The notes below the pieces were generated by a model. That model ran no database searches. It saw only the letters and a list, made by a program, of their open reading frames with translations, and was not told the DNA's origin. From assembly GCF_041397485.1 (NCBI RefSeq), contig NZ_JAWKWO010000004.1, forward strand, positions 3,042 through 67,041: a stretch of DNA of 64,000 nt, written 5' to 3'. Positions 60,997-64,000 of this stretch are shown here, piece after piece. Each line of letters opens with the position of its first letter. Position 1 is the stretch's first letter. A program made the translations under genes and the position numbers. The stretch is from Zhengella sp. Lineage in GTDB: Bacteria; Pseudomonadota; Alphaproteobacteria; Rhizobiales; Rhizobiaceae.

Positions 60997-61052
60997 GTTG
61001 ACATCCCCTCCTGCCCCTTCCCTTTCGGCGGAACTCTGCCCATATTGCCGCC

Positions 61053-63889
<2,837 letters not shown>

Positions 63890-63893
<4 letters not shown>

Positions 63894-64000
63894 AGGCGGC
63901 CGCCCTCGCCCTGCTGCTCATGGCCCTTCCGGTCCGGGCCGGCGAATGGACCGCGACCGAGCGCGTCGCCACCTATCCGGTGACCGGCGAAACCGGGCTG
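63890..64000 (+). CDS. 5' end of a secreted protein gene running off the right edge
   Basis: GTG overlaps the uvrB stop (GTGA). [20 protein letters not shown] looks like a signal peptide. Only 37 codons are visible. Confidence 0.35.

Larger units (their letters stand above)
58507..61003 (+). mobile_element. Complete IS21-family insertion sequence (2497 bp)
   Basis: Termini are TGAGAACGCCGG... and ...CCGGCGTTGACA (imperfect IR, TG/CA ends). Two about 21-nt sub-terminal repeats lie at each end. istA and istB overlap by ATGA. Confidence 0.85.

Noticed and set aside
61004-61052. Alphaproteobacterial SOS box (GAAC-N7-GAAC or GTTC-N7-GTTC) upstream of uvrB
   Set aside because: Only a single GAAC (in ggaactctgcccatatt) is present, with no second half-site at the right spacing.

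Overview
64-kb slice of a high-GC alphaproteobacterial chromosome of Rhizobiales/Hyphomicrobiales type. The lineage call rests on the trxB-lsrB/vtlR-AbcR sRNA arrangement plus BP26-like and LpcC/WadC-like genes. The backbone is housekeeping: dnaG-rpoD, carA and carB (separated by about 5 kb), greA, trxB, lrp, an aspartate aminotransferase, an EF-G paralogue, msrA and uvrB. Accessory material is interleaved. (1) The left edge carries the end of a putative integrated element, a DUF3489-DUF2924-large serine recombinase cassette facing the 3' end of a tRNA-Met(CAT). (2) A ccdA/ccdB toxin-antitoxin pair sits just after carB; it has a perfect palindromic operator, and ccdB has no usable start codon. 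(3) Two tandem stand-alone EAL genes are present, one with every catalytic residue replaced. (4) A glycan-modification cluster has three FkbM methyltransferases, two GT2 and one GT4 genes, and a separate fused 4,6-dehydratase/aminotransferase gene lies nearby. (5) A complete 2.5-kb IS21-family element without target-site duplication sits 49 bp upstream of uvrB, next to an AT-rich orphan gene for a secreted protein. No rRNA or CRISPR array was found. Many ORFs of 400-1000 codons in the ORF track are antisense shadows of real genes, as expected in GC-rich DNA, and were rejected. I cannot identify one clear-cut novel multi-gene system. The best candidates for follow-up are the exonuclease-CBS-DUF294 nucleotidyltransferase fusion, the active/degenerate EAL pair, the orphan secreted protein beside the IS21, the methyltransferase-rich glycan cluster, and the DUF2306-fusion/membrane-LytTR divergent pair. 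All family names come from motif recognition by eye, not from database searches.
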